Shown here in pieces: positions 15,267-28,714 of a stretch of DNA of 64,000 nt. The notes beneath the pieces are model-generated. The model worked only from the letters and a program-made list of their open reading frames with translations, did not search any database and was not told the DNA's origin. Each line of letters starts with the position of its first letter. The stretch's first letter is position 1. The stretch is from contig RSEE01000127.1 in NCBI GenBank assembly GCA_003971905.1, forward strand, positions 1 through 64,000, in the 5' to 3' direction. A program made the position numbers and the translations under genes. The DNA is from Moniliella sp. 'wahieum'. Lineage: Eukaryota.

Positions 15267-15738
15267 TGTCCTACGGTTTTCCATGTGGACTACAAATGTA
15301 CTTGCATGTGGATTTACTTTGACGACCTGCTGTACAGAGATAGATGAGAATTCGGTAACAATACTAGTAAGTGCTAATTAATGGATTGATTGGCATCCCG
15401 ATACACACGCTTTGAAAGATGCTCACAGAATACCTTCTTAGAATGCATTTGGTGTTGGTTCGGTCGATACCTTCGACGTTCTGCACATACTCATCATATA
15501 TTCTTGTATAGCCTAGTCTCATCTCTCGGTCTAGATCTGCCAGCATGGGTGCTCAGTACCTTTGGAACATCCAATGAATCAATTGAGAAGAAAAGCATGG
15601 AAGAGGAATACATTCCATCTCCATGAGACTTTGCTTTTTTCAGTGCACGAGGACGCCCTGGCCAGATCCCCTAGCCGACATCCGATGCAGTGTGAAAGGG
15701 GCGTGTGGGCTGGTTGGCATGCTGCACTGCATGGTCCC

Positions 15739-17104
15739 TTACTCTAGCAGAGCATCGGTGAAAAACCGGTCACGATGAAGGACAAAGAAGACGGCACGCT
15801 TGTGCGGCAGCTCAATTTCCCGGCGAAAGTCTTGAGGGAGAAAAGTGGCCAGGAGAGGGATGATGGGCAGGTCGTACCGTGGCTCGCCCAGGACCTTGTC
15901 GGTTCTCGGATCACGCAGGAAACAAGCGTGTTTAAGGGAGACCATGCAGGCGGTAAACCGATGTTTTCCACGGAACTTTTCTTCGCCAATGAGCAAGTGG
16001 GTAGCTTGGTCCCAGTTGCCCAGGTTGCCCACAAAGGGTGCCATACCATCTTCTTTGGACCACACCATTTCTCCGTACCCTGCCAACTCGCCATCCCATG
16101 CAACTAGCACACCCATCGCATGCGGATCCGCAAGTTTGTCCGCAATGTACTGCCGGTGGTGCTCGTCGGGCCCACGCTCCCGCCACCCATGGTTCACCCG
16201 CTCCGAGTTCTGCCACGACTTGTAGGCGGCAAAGTGGGTGGAGTTGGACCCATCAATGTGGATCAGTTCCAGGTGCTGGCCGACGGAAAAGATGAAGCGC
16301 GAGTAGAGGACGGAGCCGGGGGCGGGCTTGGGCGGGCGCAACGGATGGGTCGTCAAGACGGGCGGCGAAACACTTTGAGTAAAGGATTGCGTGTAGGGGA
16401 ACAGACCCGTGGTAGGTACTGTGGATTGCAACCAGTTCCATTCCTTGGGCGCCCCAGCTGCCTGCCAAAACGTCGACCTGTCCAGCAGCACAACATCCTT
16501 GTCGGTCGGACTGACAAAGCCCAAACCAGTCTCCACAAGCAACGGCAGCAGCTCGGGCTGGTGCACAAGGATCGGGAGACGATCCGAATCCTTGTGTCGG
16601 ATCCAGACTAAAATGCAGCCGCCATTCAGGTCATAATATGGTAAGTACATTTCTCAGGTAGGGGACGTATCCTGCGTATCCCTAGGAATGTGCAAACGTA
16701 CATGGGTAAATGGAGGCCCACAAGGACCGCTGGGTGTCGGTGTGATCTTGAATGTCGAGTTTCCAAGTGTTCTGGCGCGTGGCACGGTCCTCATTGACAA
16801 TCCCGTGCTGGCTGGTTTTGACCAGACGTTCGGTCTTGGTCCACAATGCAAACACTTGCTTCTTGTCCGCGTCCCACGAGAGAGAGATGGTGGTCTGGGG
16901 GGCATCCAGCGCACTCTTGTCGTCATCAGCGCTACCCTCACCAGCAACATGCACATCCGCTGTCACACTGGTCTTGCGGCCAGGCAGGGTGAAGGTGTGG
17001 GTGCCCTGGGCGAGAAACACTTTGTACTCCTTGCGCGGGACAAAGTCGGCGCGCAAGCCAGGAGTGCGGGGCGCGGGGGAGGCGATGTTGGCCGAGTCGG
17101 ACAT
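15739..17104 (-). CDS. N5-hydroxyornithine acyltransferase (IucB/AlcB GNAT family; Fer5/SidF-like)
   Basis: HPLRPPKPAPGSVLYSR, WQNSERVNHGW, GYGEMVWSKED, HLLIGEEKFRG, FLRDPRTDKVLGEPR, ELPHKRA. N-terminal part begins MSDSANIASP at 17104 and joins by a small intron or frameshift near 16650-16700. Confidence 0.85.
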
Positions 17105-18223
17105 GGTTGGACGGTGAGTTGGGGTGGCAGAGAGCAGCCGAGGAGAGGGTGGTGGGGCAGAGAAGAAAGCTAAAGGGCCACACTGTAATTGATGGAAGCC
17201 ACGCTGGAGAGTGAAAGGTATATGTACCGAGAAAAAGAAAAAGACGTGTCCTTCTTGCTTTGATAGTGGGCCGCCAAGGTGAAAGCCACAATCAAGGTGG
17301 TCAACGATGGCATGGTAGCGACGGATGATGATGAAGTGCCTCACACCCCGGATCGGAGATGGCGCCGTGATTAATGATTAATGATTCCCACGTCTCGCTT
17401 CGATACTCAGCCCTGGCATCACACCCTCAGTACTCAGTCTGGGTAAGTCACGCGTCACGAGGAAGGAGTGGCTGGGTTACCCTCACCGGCACCGGCCACC
17501 AGTCACCGGCGCTTGAAGCTTTTGCCGGTTATAAACCCACCCGATGTAATCGTACTCGTCCTCGTACTCGGCGTGCTTTTTGCGTGGCATGCATGACATG
17601 CACCTCAATACGGCGTACTGAGTGTACTCATGTGCATGGCACATGTGAGCCTCAGCTGCTCGGAGTGACTAGCTAGTGCTTAGTGAATTAATGATGGCTG
17701 CGAGCGACGCATGAAACATGACGCGTGACGCATGACGGATGCGAATAAGCTTTGGGATCTGACACTGGTGATTGTGGTTGGGTGACCTGTTCGGGCATGG
17801 GTTCTTGCGCTGCCGCGGTGCCAGTTGCGCCATTGCCAGGCGTCTCCTGTCGGCGGATGGGGAGGTGGCGACGGGGATACTAGGTGTTTGTTCTTCTGAG
17901 ATCTGACATGCTGACATGTGACATGCACATGTGACACCAAACAGGCACGGGCATTCCATCTTCCTCCTCGCAGGGCCCAGGGCCCAGGGGCTCGTGGTGC
18001 GTGCACGCGCTGCACCAGGCTACTACCCGAGGCTGCATGATTGCATGCCACCCGAAGCTCGAAGCTTGCCGGCGCCAAGATCAGATTGCATGGTCGAAAT
18101 TGAGAACGGAGATCTGAGAGCGGCGTAATAGCAATCTTGGTTGCGTAGCGCTTAATGCTTGCTGCAGCCTCGGACAGACGGTACACTAATCTGATCCACA
18201 CCTCCGCTCGCCGTGCGATCTGA

Positions 18224-18268
18224 TCAGATCCATCATGCTCAGATCCATCATGCTCAGATCCATCATGC
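18224..18268. repeat. Three perfect tandem copies of TCAGATCCATCATGC (15 bp)
   Basis: Read directly from the sequence, in the acyltransferase/ABC transporter divergent promoter. Confidence 0.9.
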
Positions 18269-18892
18269 ATTGTGCCTCATGCATTCGTGCTCAGCAGGCT
18301 CAGCCCGCCGCCGTGTGGCGCACACTGGCGCCGGGCGGGGGGCAGGCGACAGCCGGGTGTCGGTCGCGAGCATTGCGTTGTTCCGGCCGGCCGGCCAAAT
18401 GTGGGGGGGGGGAGCTCAAGCTGCAAGGGGTATCCATGACTACATAGCTACAGCATGGCGAGCAAGCCCATCGTGCATCGCATCTGCTCTTGCAGCCTCC
18501 AGGTTTGTGGATGACTAGTACTGGTATCACGCATGCCGTGCGTTGTTGGTGTGCAATATGCATGGCTACTGCCACATGCATGAGGCAGTGCGGCGCAGAA
18601 TAGATCATCCATCCACGCAGCTCACCCCTGGCTGCCCTGGGGGCATCAGCACATCCGTACGAGTGAGTACTCGGTGTGCTAGGATGCAGCCTGCCCTACT
18701 GTTCAGGAAAACTATAGGAGCAGCGAACTGCTGCATATGCAGGCCCCTGCGTCCCCCTAACCATCCTCCTGCACATCCTTACACATTCCACCCCAGACGC
18801 TGCCCGCCTCCACCATCGACTGCGTTGCACCACCACTACCACCTTAGCTCGCCAGGTAGTCCCCGCTTCACGCACTCGTGCCCATCGTCATC

Positions 18893-21800
18893 ATGGTGTG
18901 GCCCTCCCTGCCCGCCCGCTTCCGCTCCCGCCGCCCCACCTTCCCCCAGAACAGGCCTAGCAGCGACGCTTGTGGCACCGACACCGATCCTGATGCCAAG
19001 CTATCCAACGTGCCCACCGACCAGCAACAGCACATAGCCGAGCTGGGGCAAGTGCCACTCCAGCCCACGCTCGAGCCCTGGCCTCCTCGGCCTTGGTGGC
19101 GCCGTGTGCCCTTTATGAGTACCACTCCGCGTCCATCCTCTCTGCCCTGGATGACACCGATCCAAGAGCCACGCCAAGTCCCGAACAGTCGGCCAGCCTC
19201 TTTTCTCACCTCTGGTTCGCCTGGATCGATCCCCTGATTCGTGTAGGCTACACCCGCCCGATTGAAAAGGACGATCTGTGGCTCTTGCCCGAGCAGCGCC
19301 ACTCGGTCGTTCTCGGAACCCGGCTGCTCCAAGCCCTTGAGCGGCGACAAGCTCAACGTGCCGAGTACCTGCGCCGTCACCCGAAAAAGGCATCCAAGGA
19401 CCCGCTCATTCCACCGTTCATGTGGGCCATGAATGACGTGGTGTTTGGGTATCTCTGGTTTGGCGGCTTGCTTAAGTTGTTGGCTGATGTGGGAACGTGC
19501 GTATTCCATCCTTTGGTGCCCCTTTTCCCCCTCTTCCCCCTTTTCCCCTCTTGACCACACTGTACTGACATGCGCGTGTTCTTTGATCCATTGACAGAAT
19601 CACGAGCCCGTTGCAAATGGCGCGCGTTGATTGATTTTGTCCAACACTCGTACCAGTACAGGGACCAGCGCGAGTTGGCGCCCGACATTGGGTGGGATTG
19701 GCTTGGCATTCGGCATCTTTCTTCGTCCAAGCGTTCGTTGTCTTTTGTAACGTCCACGCCTTTGCACGTGGCTTTGGATCGGGCATTTTGCTCCGCGCTG
19801 CCATCATCCAAGCTGTCTTTCAGCGCGGTATGAAGCTCTCGTCGCGCGCTCGGATCGGACAGGGGTTCAATACGGGCAAGTTAGTCACCTTTATCAGTGC
19901 CGATGCGTCCCGCATTGACTTTTCTGGCCAGTTCTTTCACATGACCTGGACTAGCCTGGTACAAATTTTGATCTGCGTTGCGCTCCTGTGCTGGCAGTTG
20001 GAGTACAGTGCGCTGCCCGGGATCGCGTTCATCTTCATTATGAGTCCTGTGCAGACGCTGCTGACCAAACAGCTGTTCAAGTTGCGTAAGAACAGTATGA
20101 TCTGGACCGAGCGACGCAACAAGGCCATCAACGAGCTTGTCGGTGGCATTCGCGTCATCAAGCAGTTCGCATGGGAAGAACCTTATGCGCAACACATCCA
20201 TCACCTTCGCAACGAGGAAATGAAGTACAGTTCCAACGTAAACGCATGTTTCTCCGAGCGGTCAACTTGGCACTAGCGTTTGCCACCCCAACCTTGGCCT
20301 CTGTACTGAGTTTTGTCACGTACGCTTTGGTCGGTCATGGGCTACAGCTGGCTCATCTTTTCTTCGTTGGTCTACTTTCAACTACTGCGTACTCCGCTCC
20401 AGTTCCTCCCTGTCGCATGGAACGCAGTGGTCGACGCCAAAAATGCCGCTGACCGGATCGGAAAGCTGTTTGAGGCAGAGGTGTTCCACACGGAAATCCG
20501 CCGCGACCCCATTCGCCATACGGTGTGTCCATTGTCGATGGGTGCTTTACGGGGAGTCGGCTGCGGCGCCCAAGACCAAGTTGGAGGAAGAAACTGAAAA
20601 GAACGAGAAGCAGAAGGCGAAAAACAAGGAGAAGGAGAAGGAGAAAGATGCCAACGGGGGGTGGACACCAAAAAGCCACTCGTCGCCTCGCTTAGCAACA
20701 TCAACCTAACCTTGCCCAAGGGGTGCTTGTGCGCCGTCATTGGTGGCGTAGGGAGCGGCAAGATTCTCTCCTTTCGGCCTTGACGGGGGAAATGCGCCAG
20801 GAGGGAGGAGAGGTGACGTTGGCTACGGATCTAGCCGTGTGCAACCAAGTGGCTTGGATTCAGAGTGCCAGCATCAAGGATAACATTCTGTTTGGCTCTC
20901 CGTACGATCCAGCGCGGTACAACGAGGTGGTGAAAGCGTGTGCGCTTGTGCCGGATCTGGAGGTGCTGGAAGCAGGAGACCAAACTGTCGTGGGGGAAAA
21001 GGGGGTGTCCCTTTCGGGCGGACAAAAACAACGCATCAACATTGCCCGTGCGCTCTACAACGGTGCAGAGACGGTGTTGTTGGACGATTGTCTCTCGGCG
21101 TTGGATGCGCGCGTCGGCGCCGACATATTTTCCCATGTGATTGCTGGACCGGCCATGGCGGGCAAGACGCGCGTGTTGGTCACCCACGCTCTGTATGTTC
21201 TTTCCTCGTGCGACTGGATCGTTCTCATGGATGAAGGCCGGATTGTGGAACAAGGCACGTTTGATCACTTGCTTCATGCCAATGGCCGTGTGGCGGAGCT
21301 ACTCCATCTGTACACCAAGAACAAGGCCTCCTCCTCGACCGCAGCAGAGTTCGGCCAAGAACAGCGTGCATGGCCTGCCTAGGGAACGGGAAGTAGATGA
21401 ACAAGAATACGGTTCTGTACTCTCGGAGGATGCGAAGCCAGAAGACGACAAGGAGGAAGATGGGAAGGCAACCGACTTGGACGCGGTTCCTCGGGTGGAG
21501 AAGACGGATGGCAAAGTCCCCACTGAAGTGTCGGAAAACAAGACGACCAGTCCCAGAAGGCGCCAAAGGAAACCTCACCAAAAGCGCTAATGCAAGCCGA
21601 AGAGCGATACAGCGGGTCGGTAGGACGAGGGGTCTATCTGCGTTACCTCCGTTCCGCACCACTGTGGCTACTCTTCCCGCCTTTTGTGATTGCTGTGGTG
21701 ATCTTTCAAGGCTCGACCATCGTATCGCCTCTTTGGCTCATGTGGTGGCAAAACGACTCGTTGCCTGTGCCCTCAGGGGTCTACATGGGCTTGTATGCTG

Positions 21801-23343
21801 TATTTGGTGCGACGCAGTCCTAGGCCTGCTGGGCATGGGCATCATTTTCTCCTGTTTCTCCATCTGTTCAGCTACCACTTTGCACAACAAAATGCTCAGC
21901 CGCATACTCCATGCGCCCTTTTCCTTTTTCGATACGACACCCCAAGGGCGCGTCACGCACCGCTTCTCCAAAGATGTGGACACACTCGATAATCTGATCG
22001 GGGACATGTCGCGAATGCTGATTGGCACCATTGTTCAAGTGGTGGGCTCCATTGTGCTGATTGCAGTCCTGACTCCTTACTTTTTGATTGCTGTGGCGAG
22101 TGGTATCCATCTACCTCTTCATCGCGCTGTATTATCGTTCCACAGCACGGGAGGTGCGTCGCGTCGACGCCGTTCTGCGCTCTAACATGCACGAGCACTT
22201 TTCCGAGGCGCTCAATGGGGTGAACACGATCCGTGCCTATGGTCAAATCGACCAGTTTATCGCCGAAAACTGTAAACGGATCGACCGTGAGAACCGGGCA
22301 TACTGGCTCTCTCAAGTCTGCCAGCGCTGGCTTTCCATCCGTCTGGACTTTTTAGGATCGCTTCTCGTTTGCCGTGGCACTCTTATCGTCCGGCATGCGC
22401 TTTTCCATGAGCCCCGGTCAGTCGGGCGTGGCTCTGTCCTACATTATGACCGCACAGAGCTTGTTTGGCTGGGTCATCCGTCACTCGGCCGAATTGGAAA
22501 ACAACATGTCGGCCGTTGAGCGTGTGGTTCACTATGCCACTCAAGTCGAGCAGGAACAACCGTACCATCTCCCCGAGGTTGACGACCACCTCGCTCCCAC
22601 CTGGCCTAGTACGGGCGAAATCACTTTTGAACATGTCGATGCGCAGTACAAGACGGGAACACGCAAGGTCCTTGACGACCTTACCCTTCACATTCGTCCA
22701 GGGGAGAAGGTGGGCTTTGTAGGCCGCACGGGCGCGGGCAAGTCGACCCTGGTCACCCTCTTGCTCCGCACACTCGAGCTGGCAGGTGGTAAGATTGTGA
22801 TTGACGGAGTGGACATTTCCACCCTGGGTCTGCACCGTTTGCGAAGCAGTTTGACCTTGATCCCTCAGGATGCAGTTATCTACTCGGGCACACTGCGGTA
22901 CAACCTCGATCCGTTAGGGGAGTACGACGATGCACGACTGTGGGACGCGCTGCATCGGACGTCGCTTTCCGAGCTCAGCCTCGACATGGACATTTCCGAA
23001 GAAGGCGGTAACTTATCTGCCGGCCAGCGCTCGCTCATCTCCATTGCTCGTGCTATGATTCGCAGAACGAGAATTGCATCTTGGACGAAGCCACAGCATC
23101 GATTGACCAGGAAACCGACCGCAAGATCCAAAGTTTGATCGAAACTAGCTTTGACGGTATCACCACTTTGACCGTCGCACATCGTATCCAACCATTGTTC
23201 ATTACGACCGCGTCTGTGTCCTGGACCAAGGTCGTATTGTCGAGTTCGCTCCCCCCGCTCAGCTGTACCAAGACCCTAATTCCATCTTCCACGCTTTGTG
23301 CGTCGCAGCTGACCTGCATTTCGAAAAGGGCGAGTGGATCTAA
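18893..23343 (+). CDS. ABCC/MRP-type full-size ABC transporter (Fer6/Yor1-like)
   Basis: TMD1, NBD1 (GGVGSGK, LSGGQKQR, LLDD), TMD2 (FFDTTPQGRVTHRFSKD) and NBD2 (GRTGAGKS, LSAGQR, DEATAS). Intron ~19497-19598; stop TAA 23341-23343; frameshifts. Confidence 0.9.
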
Positions 23344-23379
23344 TCTCACCCTCGCCTCATCCATCTTTCTTTTTTACCT

Positions 23380-23380
<1 letters not shown>

Positions 23381-23410
<30 letters not shown>
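23381..23410. repeat. (CAA)10 microsatellite
   Basis: Read directly, downstream of the ABC transporter stop. Confidence 0.9.
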
Positions 23411-24722
23411 CTAGTACTACTACTCCCAAGCTCTCCTTCTACATTTCTTCACGTTAATGCCACTGGACGTCGATGAGCTTCCGTTTCCGTTTTCCCCCGT
23501 AGGAGAGCACCCTGATTATGGACCGTCTACAGCCCGCCAGTTTGCAGGTTTGCTTTCTGATACCATACCGCCTTGTTAGCAAGGTGTGCTGCTGGTGACA
23601 GTTCATACATGATTCGGCTGAGATCTGACTGAGAAATATGGCTTCCATACTTAGACGCAGCGGCACATCTCCTCGGGTGCGCTGGCACTGTACACCATGC
23701 ACCATGCTTCACTTATCACGGCGCGCTGGCCCACGAAAGAAGACGAGACGGAGCCTGTCCCACCGCAGGTCCCACCGCAGGTCCACCCACGTTCCATATT
23801 CCACGTTCCCACCTCGCTTTCGGTCCACTGGCAGGCTCCAGGTGCAATCGGCCGCGACTGCCGTGAAAGCACGCGCGATGCTCGCGAGCATGAATGGGCG
23901 CATGGGCGCATGGGCACCAGCTGGATGGAGTATGGATGGGGCGTTCGTTGGTGTTGGTGTTGACATTGGCGTTGGTGCACTCCAGTCTGCTACGGCGGAT
24001 TCACGTGCAACGTTCGTAGAGGCAGGTGGTGCATGGGGGTCGGTGGTGGTCGATAGCTTGGAGGTCGATGGGCGAGACGATGATGGATGATGGATGATGG
24101 ATGATGGATGATCGTCGATCGATGCTGGTGCATGTGAATGTGATTCATGATGCACATGATGGAGCTTTGAAATTTGAGGCCTGAGGCTGAGGACCAATGA
24201 GGAATTGATGGATGATGGCTGATGGATGATCGATGGGCAGCACGGGGCGGGTGCTGCGGACGTCGCGGGTACTAGCGGTGCTTCACATCAACGTGCAAAT
24301 GTTCAACGCCGCTATCGATCGATCCGCAGCGCCCCTTGGCTGTCACGCGTCACGCACCACGTGTTGAGAATTTGAGCGTGGGAGCGCCCCGTGCGGCGAC
24401 GGGCGAGGGTGGCTTCGGTGCACAGGGGCAGTGTGCGGCGCCTGCCTCAGCACAAGCGGTGGGCGGTGGAGCAGGCAGGCAGGTGCGGGGCGGCAGATGC
24501 GCGCCCTGCGAGGGGGCGGGCAATTAACGGGGGCCCACAGCAGGGCGCGTGCCACGAGGCACATGTTATCTGCTGCCGGGCATATTTTTGCACCGCAGAT
24601 TCATATGCGTTGCTGCCCAGAGCAGCTCTGCTCGGCCGGCCCTCTTCTCGCTCCGGCACGCCCTTCCCTCCGTTCGGCCACCACCACCCCCCCAACCCCC
24701 CCCAACCCCTCCCTACCCCGCC

Positions 24723-26300
24723 ATGGCTCTCATACGCACCGCCACCGCCTAGAAGGCTCCTCTCCCACCACCGACCACAGCCGCCCCCATCGTCTTCCCC
24801 CCCACCCTCGCCTCCCTCACCCCCCCGTCTCGCCTCCACCCCCCCCCCCCCAACCAACCTACGACGATGCTCTGCAGCTCCACCCCCAGCCCCGCCCCTC
24901 CCATGTCTGCTGACGCGCCGGAACCCGAGCCCGAGCCGCTTTCAGCTCGGCCTTCGCGTCCCCCCACCCGCCCTACGTCCCCGACCCTGCGCTCCTGCCT
25001 CAAGCGTACGCCTAGTCCGGCGGAACCAGCTTCGCGGCGTTCGGTGCCGCGGCTTATGACCCCAAGCGCCTCCTCCACCTCGCTGGCCTCGTGCGAAAGT
25101 GTTCGGTCCGTGCGCTTTTCAGCCGAAGAGGTGCCTGTGTTTGCGACGCACAGCGCTAGCGAGTACGATCGTCGGCCCTCGAGTGTCGCCTACCACGGTA
25201 TGGCAAGTTTGTTGGGTGCGGGGCCCCATCGGTTCGAGGACCAGGACGACGATAGGGACGCTCCCCCGCCAGGCACGGGCGCTGGCGAGGCTTGGATCAA
25301 GGCCCGCATCGCCTCGACCAACCAGGCGGAGATGGAACAGGCGACTTCCCACCCGGATGTCGAGGACAGTATTCAGGCCATGTGGGCCTTGGGCGCAGCT
25401 CGCCTAATGGGTCTAGCCCCTGAGGAGCAGGCAGGAACAAGAGCAGGAGCAGGATCAAGAACAGGCAGGAGCAGGAGCAGGAACCCGAGCTCGAACCTAC
25501 AGCGTCTCCCGAACGCGAGCACTGTCCTGCCACGTGCTTGCCTGTCCCGGCCTTCACATCCTCTTTTGACGGTCCAAGACCCCGCTCCGCCCGCCTCAGA
25601 CGGAGACGACGAGACTGTGGTCGCGACCGAATCGGATGGCCTCGGCTCGGACTCGGATACAGACTCCAACTCCAACTCCAACTCCAACTCGGACACGGAC
25701 GCAGAGCCTCAAACGATCTTCTTGTTTCGCTACGTGGGGACGAGAACGAATTGAAGTTGCCTGCACCGCGGACGAAGAAACATAAGCTCCAACCCACCAC
25801 TCGCCCCGTGTGCCCCGATGCGAAATGTGCCGTGTCGATGGGGCCCGAGGCAGGAGCGGAAGCGGAACGGGATGGGATGGGGACTCAGCGCCTGGCTCAG
25901 CCCCCATCTGTATCCGTGGTGGGAGCGGGAGGGGGGCTGGACGCATACCCACTGCCCCACCTCACCCGGAAGCCGAGTCGGGGTGGATATCCTCTTCTCC
26001 GCGCAGTCCGCCTGGTCTATGTGGATCCACAAGTTCTGCCCCATCATCACCATCGTCGCTATCGTCGACGCGGGCTCGCGCTCCGTCTCGCCAAGCATAC
26101 CATTTACCTCGGGAAGGGGCACCTTGCCTCCCTTGCCATGTGCCTTGCCCGACGACCAGGCTCGCGAACGCGAACGCGCACGCTTAGGTATGGGTCCCCA
26201 TCACCATGCCAAGCTTAATCGCAAGGCACATGTTCAACGCGTTTGCCTCATGGCCCGGTTTGGCTTGTTGGACCAGCCGCCACGCCTTTGCCGGGTGCGA
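24723..26300 (+). CDS. Low-complexity hypothetical protein with SVRF...THSASEYDRRP motif (Bni4-like PP1-docking motif)
   Basis: ORF 24867-25754 has RSCLK and SVRFSAEEVPVFATHSASEYDRRP. Both ends are uncertain because of frameshifts. Confidence 0.45.
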
Positions 26301-28714
26301 TGGGCCCGCCACACGCGCGTGCACCCGCACCCGCATCCGCACACGCATCCGCATCCGCACACGCACCCGGTCCGACCCACCCTGGTTCCTACTTCTAGGC
26401 TAGATTTTCCTCTTTTTCCTTTTTCCTTTTTCCTTTTTCCTTTTCCCTGTTTCCTGCTTCGCTTGTGTTCGCTTGTGTTCGTTTGTTTTCGGTTGTGTTT
26501 GTTTGGGTTTCGCGGGGGCTTGCCTTCTCTTGGTTCGCGTGCCTTCCTTGGAGGCACGTTGTCCTGGTTCTCGGTCCTTGGTCCCCGGATTGGCTGCGTC
26601 GAGCGCCATGGTATGCTCTGTCTGTGGCACAATATGGTCTCAGGTGATTCCCATCCCCATTTTCATTCCCGTTTCCATTCCCATTCCCATTCCCATCTCC
26701 ATTCCCGCATGGACTTGGGGGCTTGTCTTGGGAATGCTGTGGCGCGTGCACGGATAGGGCGAGTGCGAGCGGTACCGGTTCTAGCTGGGACGTATCGTAT
26801 GGTATGGTAGGTCTGGCGATGATGCGATGATGCGACTATGGCTATGGCCCCCACCCCTATACTGGTTATTGACTACTGGCTACTGGCTGCAGACCTCGCA
26901 GGGTAGATGTTTCGAGGCACCGTACTATGACGAACAGTAGAGCTGTTTGAGCTGGCAATCATATCGCGTTTGACAGCTCTTCTCCAGCGGGCATTGTGTA
27001 ACTGCGAATCTTGCACATGTTTGCTTTGCAGGCTGTGTATGATCGACTTGGCGAGATGTCCACGACGGTATAGTTAGTACTGTCACCACCTTTGGCACCT
27101 CATCAGTAGAGGAGCAACAACGACTGTCATGGATGTTTGACATTCATGGGAGCTCTTTCCACGGATCAGATATAAGATGATCGTCGAAACTGTTTTAACG
27201 GACATGGACCACACCGGTCTCTCTGGTCCACTCCGATCGGTAGGCGACTGGACGGTCGAACCTCCAATTAAACGAAAAAATAATGAACTGAATGGACATC
27301 CATAATATGTTTTGTTTTTTGTTTTGACATTGGTTTTGGTACGATGCAGTGTGTGATTCCCGTCAACCTGAGCATGTGGTGAATGCCGGGGAGAGACGCG
27401 TACATCCATATTGAATTCTGAGTGGCCCGGGCACAACCCCCAACACCCAACTCCTATACCTGCAGCTGAAGATTGTTTCGTTGGTAATGCATAATGGCCA
27501 ACCCGACACCAGGGTGTCTAACCGGCTGGCCGGAGCACCTGCTGAGCGCCTGAGCTGAATATGCGCTGAATATCCAAATTGAATCGGCTATGTGAGACAC
27601 GGCTGTTCCGCACAAGGAGAGCGGATCTTTTGCAGAATGGCACAGAGAGCACGGGGGCAGTGTGTGGCGCCCCCGCACTGGGGAAGGAAGAAATGCAAGC
27701 CCTATTGTGTTTTCGTACAGCTAGCGCCAGGGGTTCAACGTTCACATGTCCGTCGACTGTACCAGCTGTTCCCAGTGTGAATCCTGAGTGTAGCTTGGTC
27801 TATTCTGAGAAACAGCCGTATGTTTGTGTGGCTTTCTCATGTCGAGCTGCACTCAACTCAGTACTCACTACCATTGCACACTGCATGTCGGGCTGCACTC
27901 GAGTTTGCAAATCTCCTGGGTGCCTGTGTATTGCCCAGACGGCACATAGCCTTTTGACACAACGAAGGAAGGAGCTGACAGGAGTTGTACCAACCATCAA
28001 CGTGGTGTGGGGGTTATGTCTACATGGGGCAATCGTCTTCCTGGTAAGAACTGTATAAGTACCCCGGCCCCGGCCCTGCTTGCTTTAGTATTCGCACCAT
28101 CTCCCCGCTCACCCCTTCCGCTTCTCCGTCTTTCGCCCCGGCAGCTTTCAATAAGTGATGTCCAAATTCACCGAGATGGTTCGCAAGACCTTTGGCTCCA
28201 AACCAAGCTCAAGCCAACCGGATCTGTCTTCCCTCACTCCTGTACGTCACAAATCATACGGCCTTGCGTGGCAGAGAACTATAGGATCCTAACACATTTT
28301 ATCTATACTTTTGCTTTGATCTCAGTCCCAATTGGAAGCACTGCACAACACCTGGGATAGGTTGGGCTACAACACTCGAGCCCAGCTGGCTCTGGGCGGT
28401 CCTCTTCCTAAGGATTTTTGCAACCCCCCCGATGCGGATAAAATTGAGAGGATCATGGCGGGATTGCACTCTGTTCTGGTGTAACATGCGTGCCATGTAA
28501 CCTCATGACACACTACAAGGCATACTCCACATGTGTACCTTCGTGTCTGGTTCATGGTAGGGTTCCTCTCTCCAGTGGCCTTCCATTACCAAGCTTGTTG
28601 ACCCCTATTTTGGGGTTTGAATTCTTCTGAAGTGGGCTCTCAACGGTTCCCCCCTGCTTTGCGTTCATCGTCAGGTTGTACTACTACTATATACAGTCAC
28701 ACTTGCTCTCGTTT

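Noticed and set aside
26900..28700. Possible decayed Cys-rich gene or transposon
   Set aside because: No continuous frame, recognisable motif or terminal repeats.
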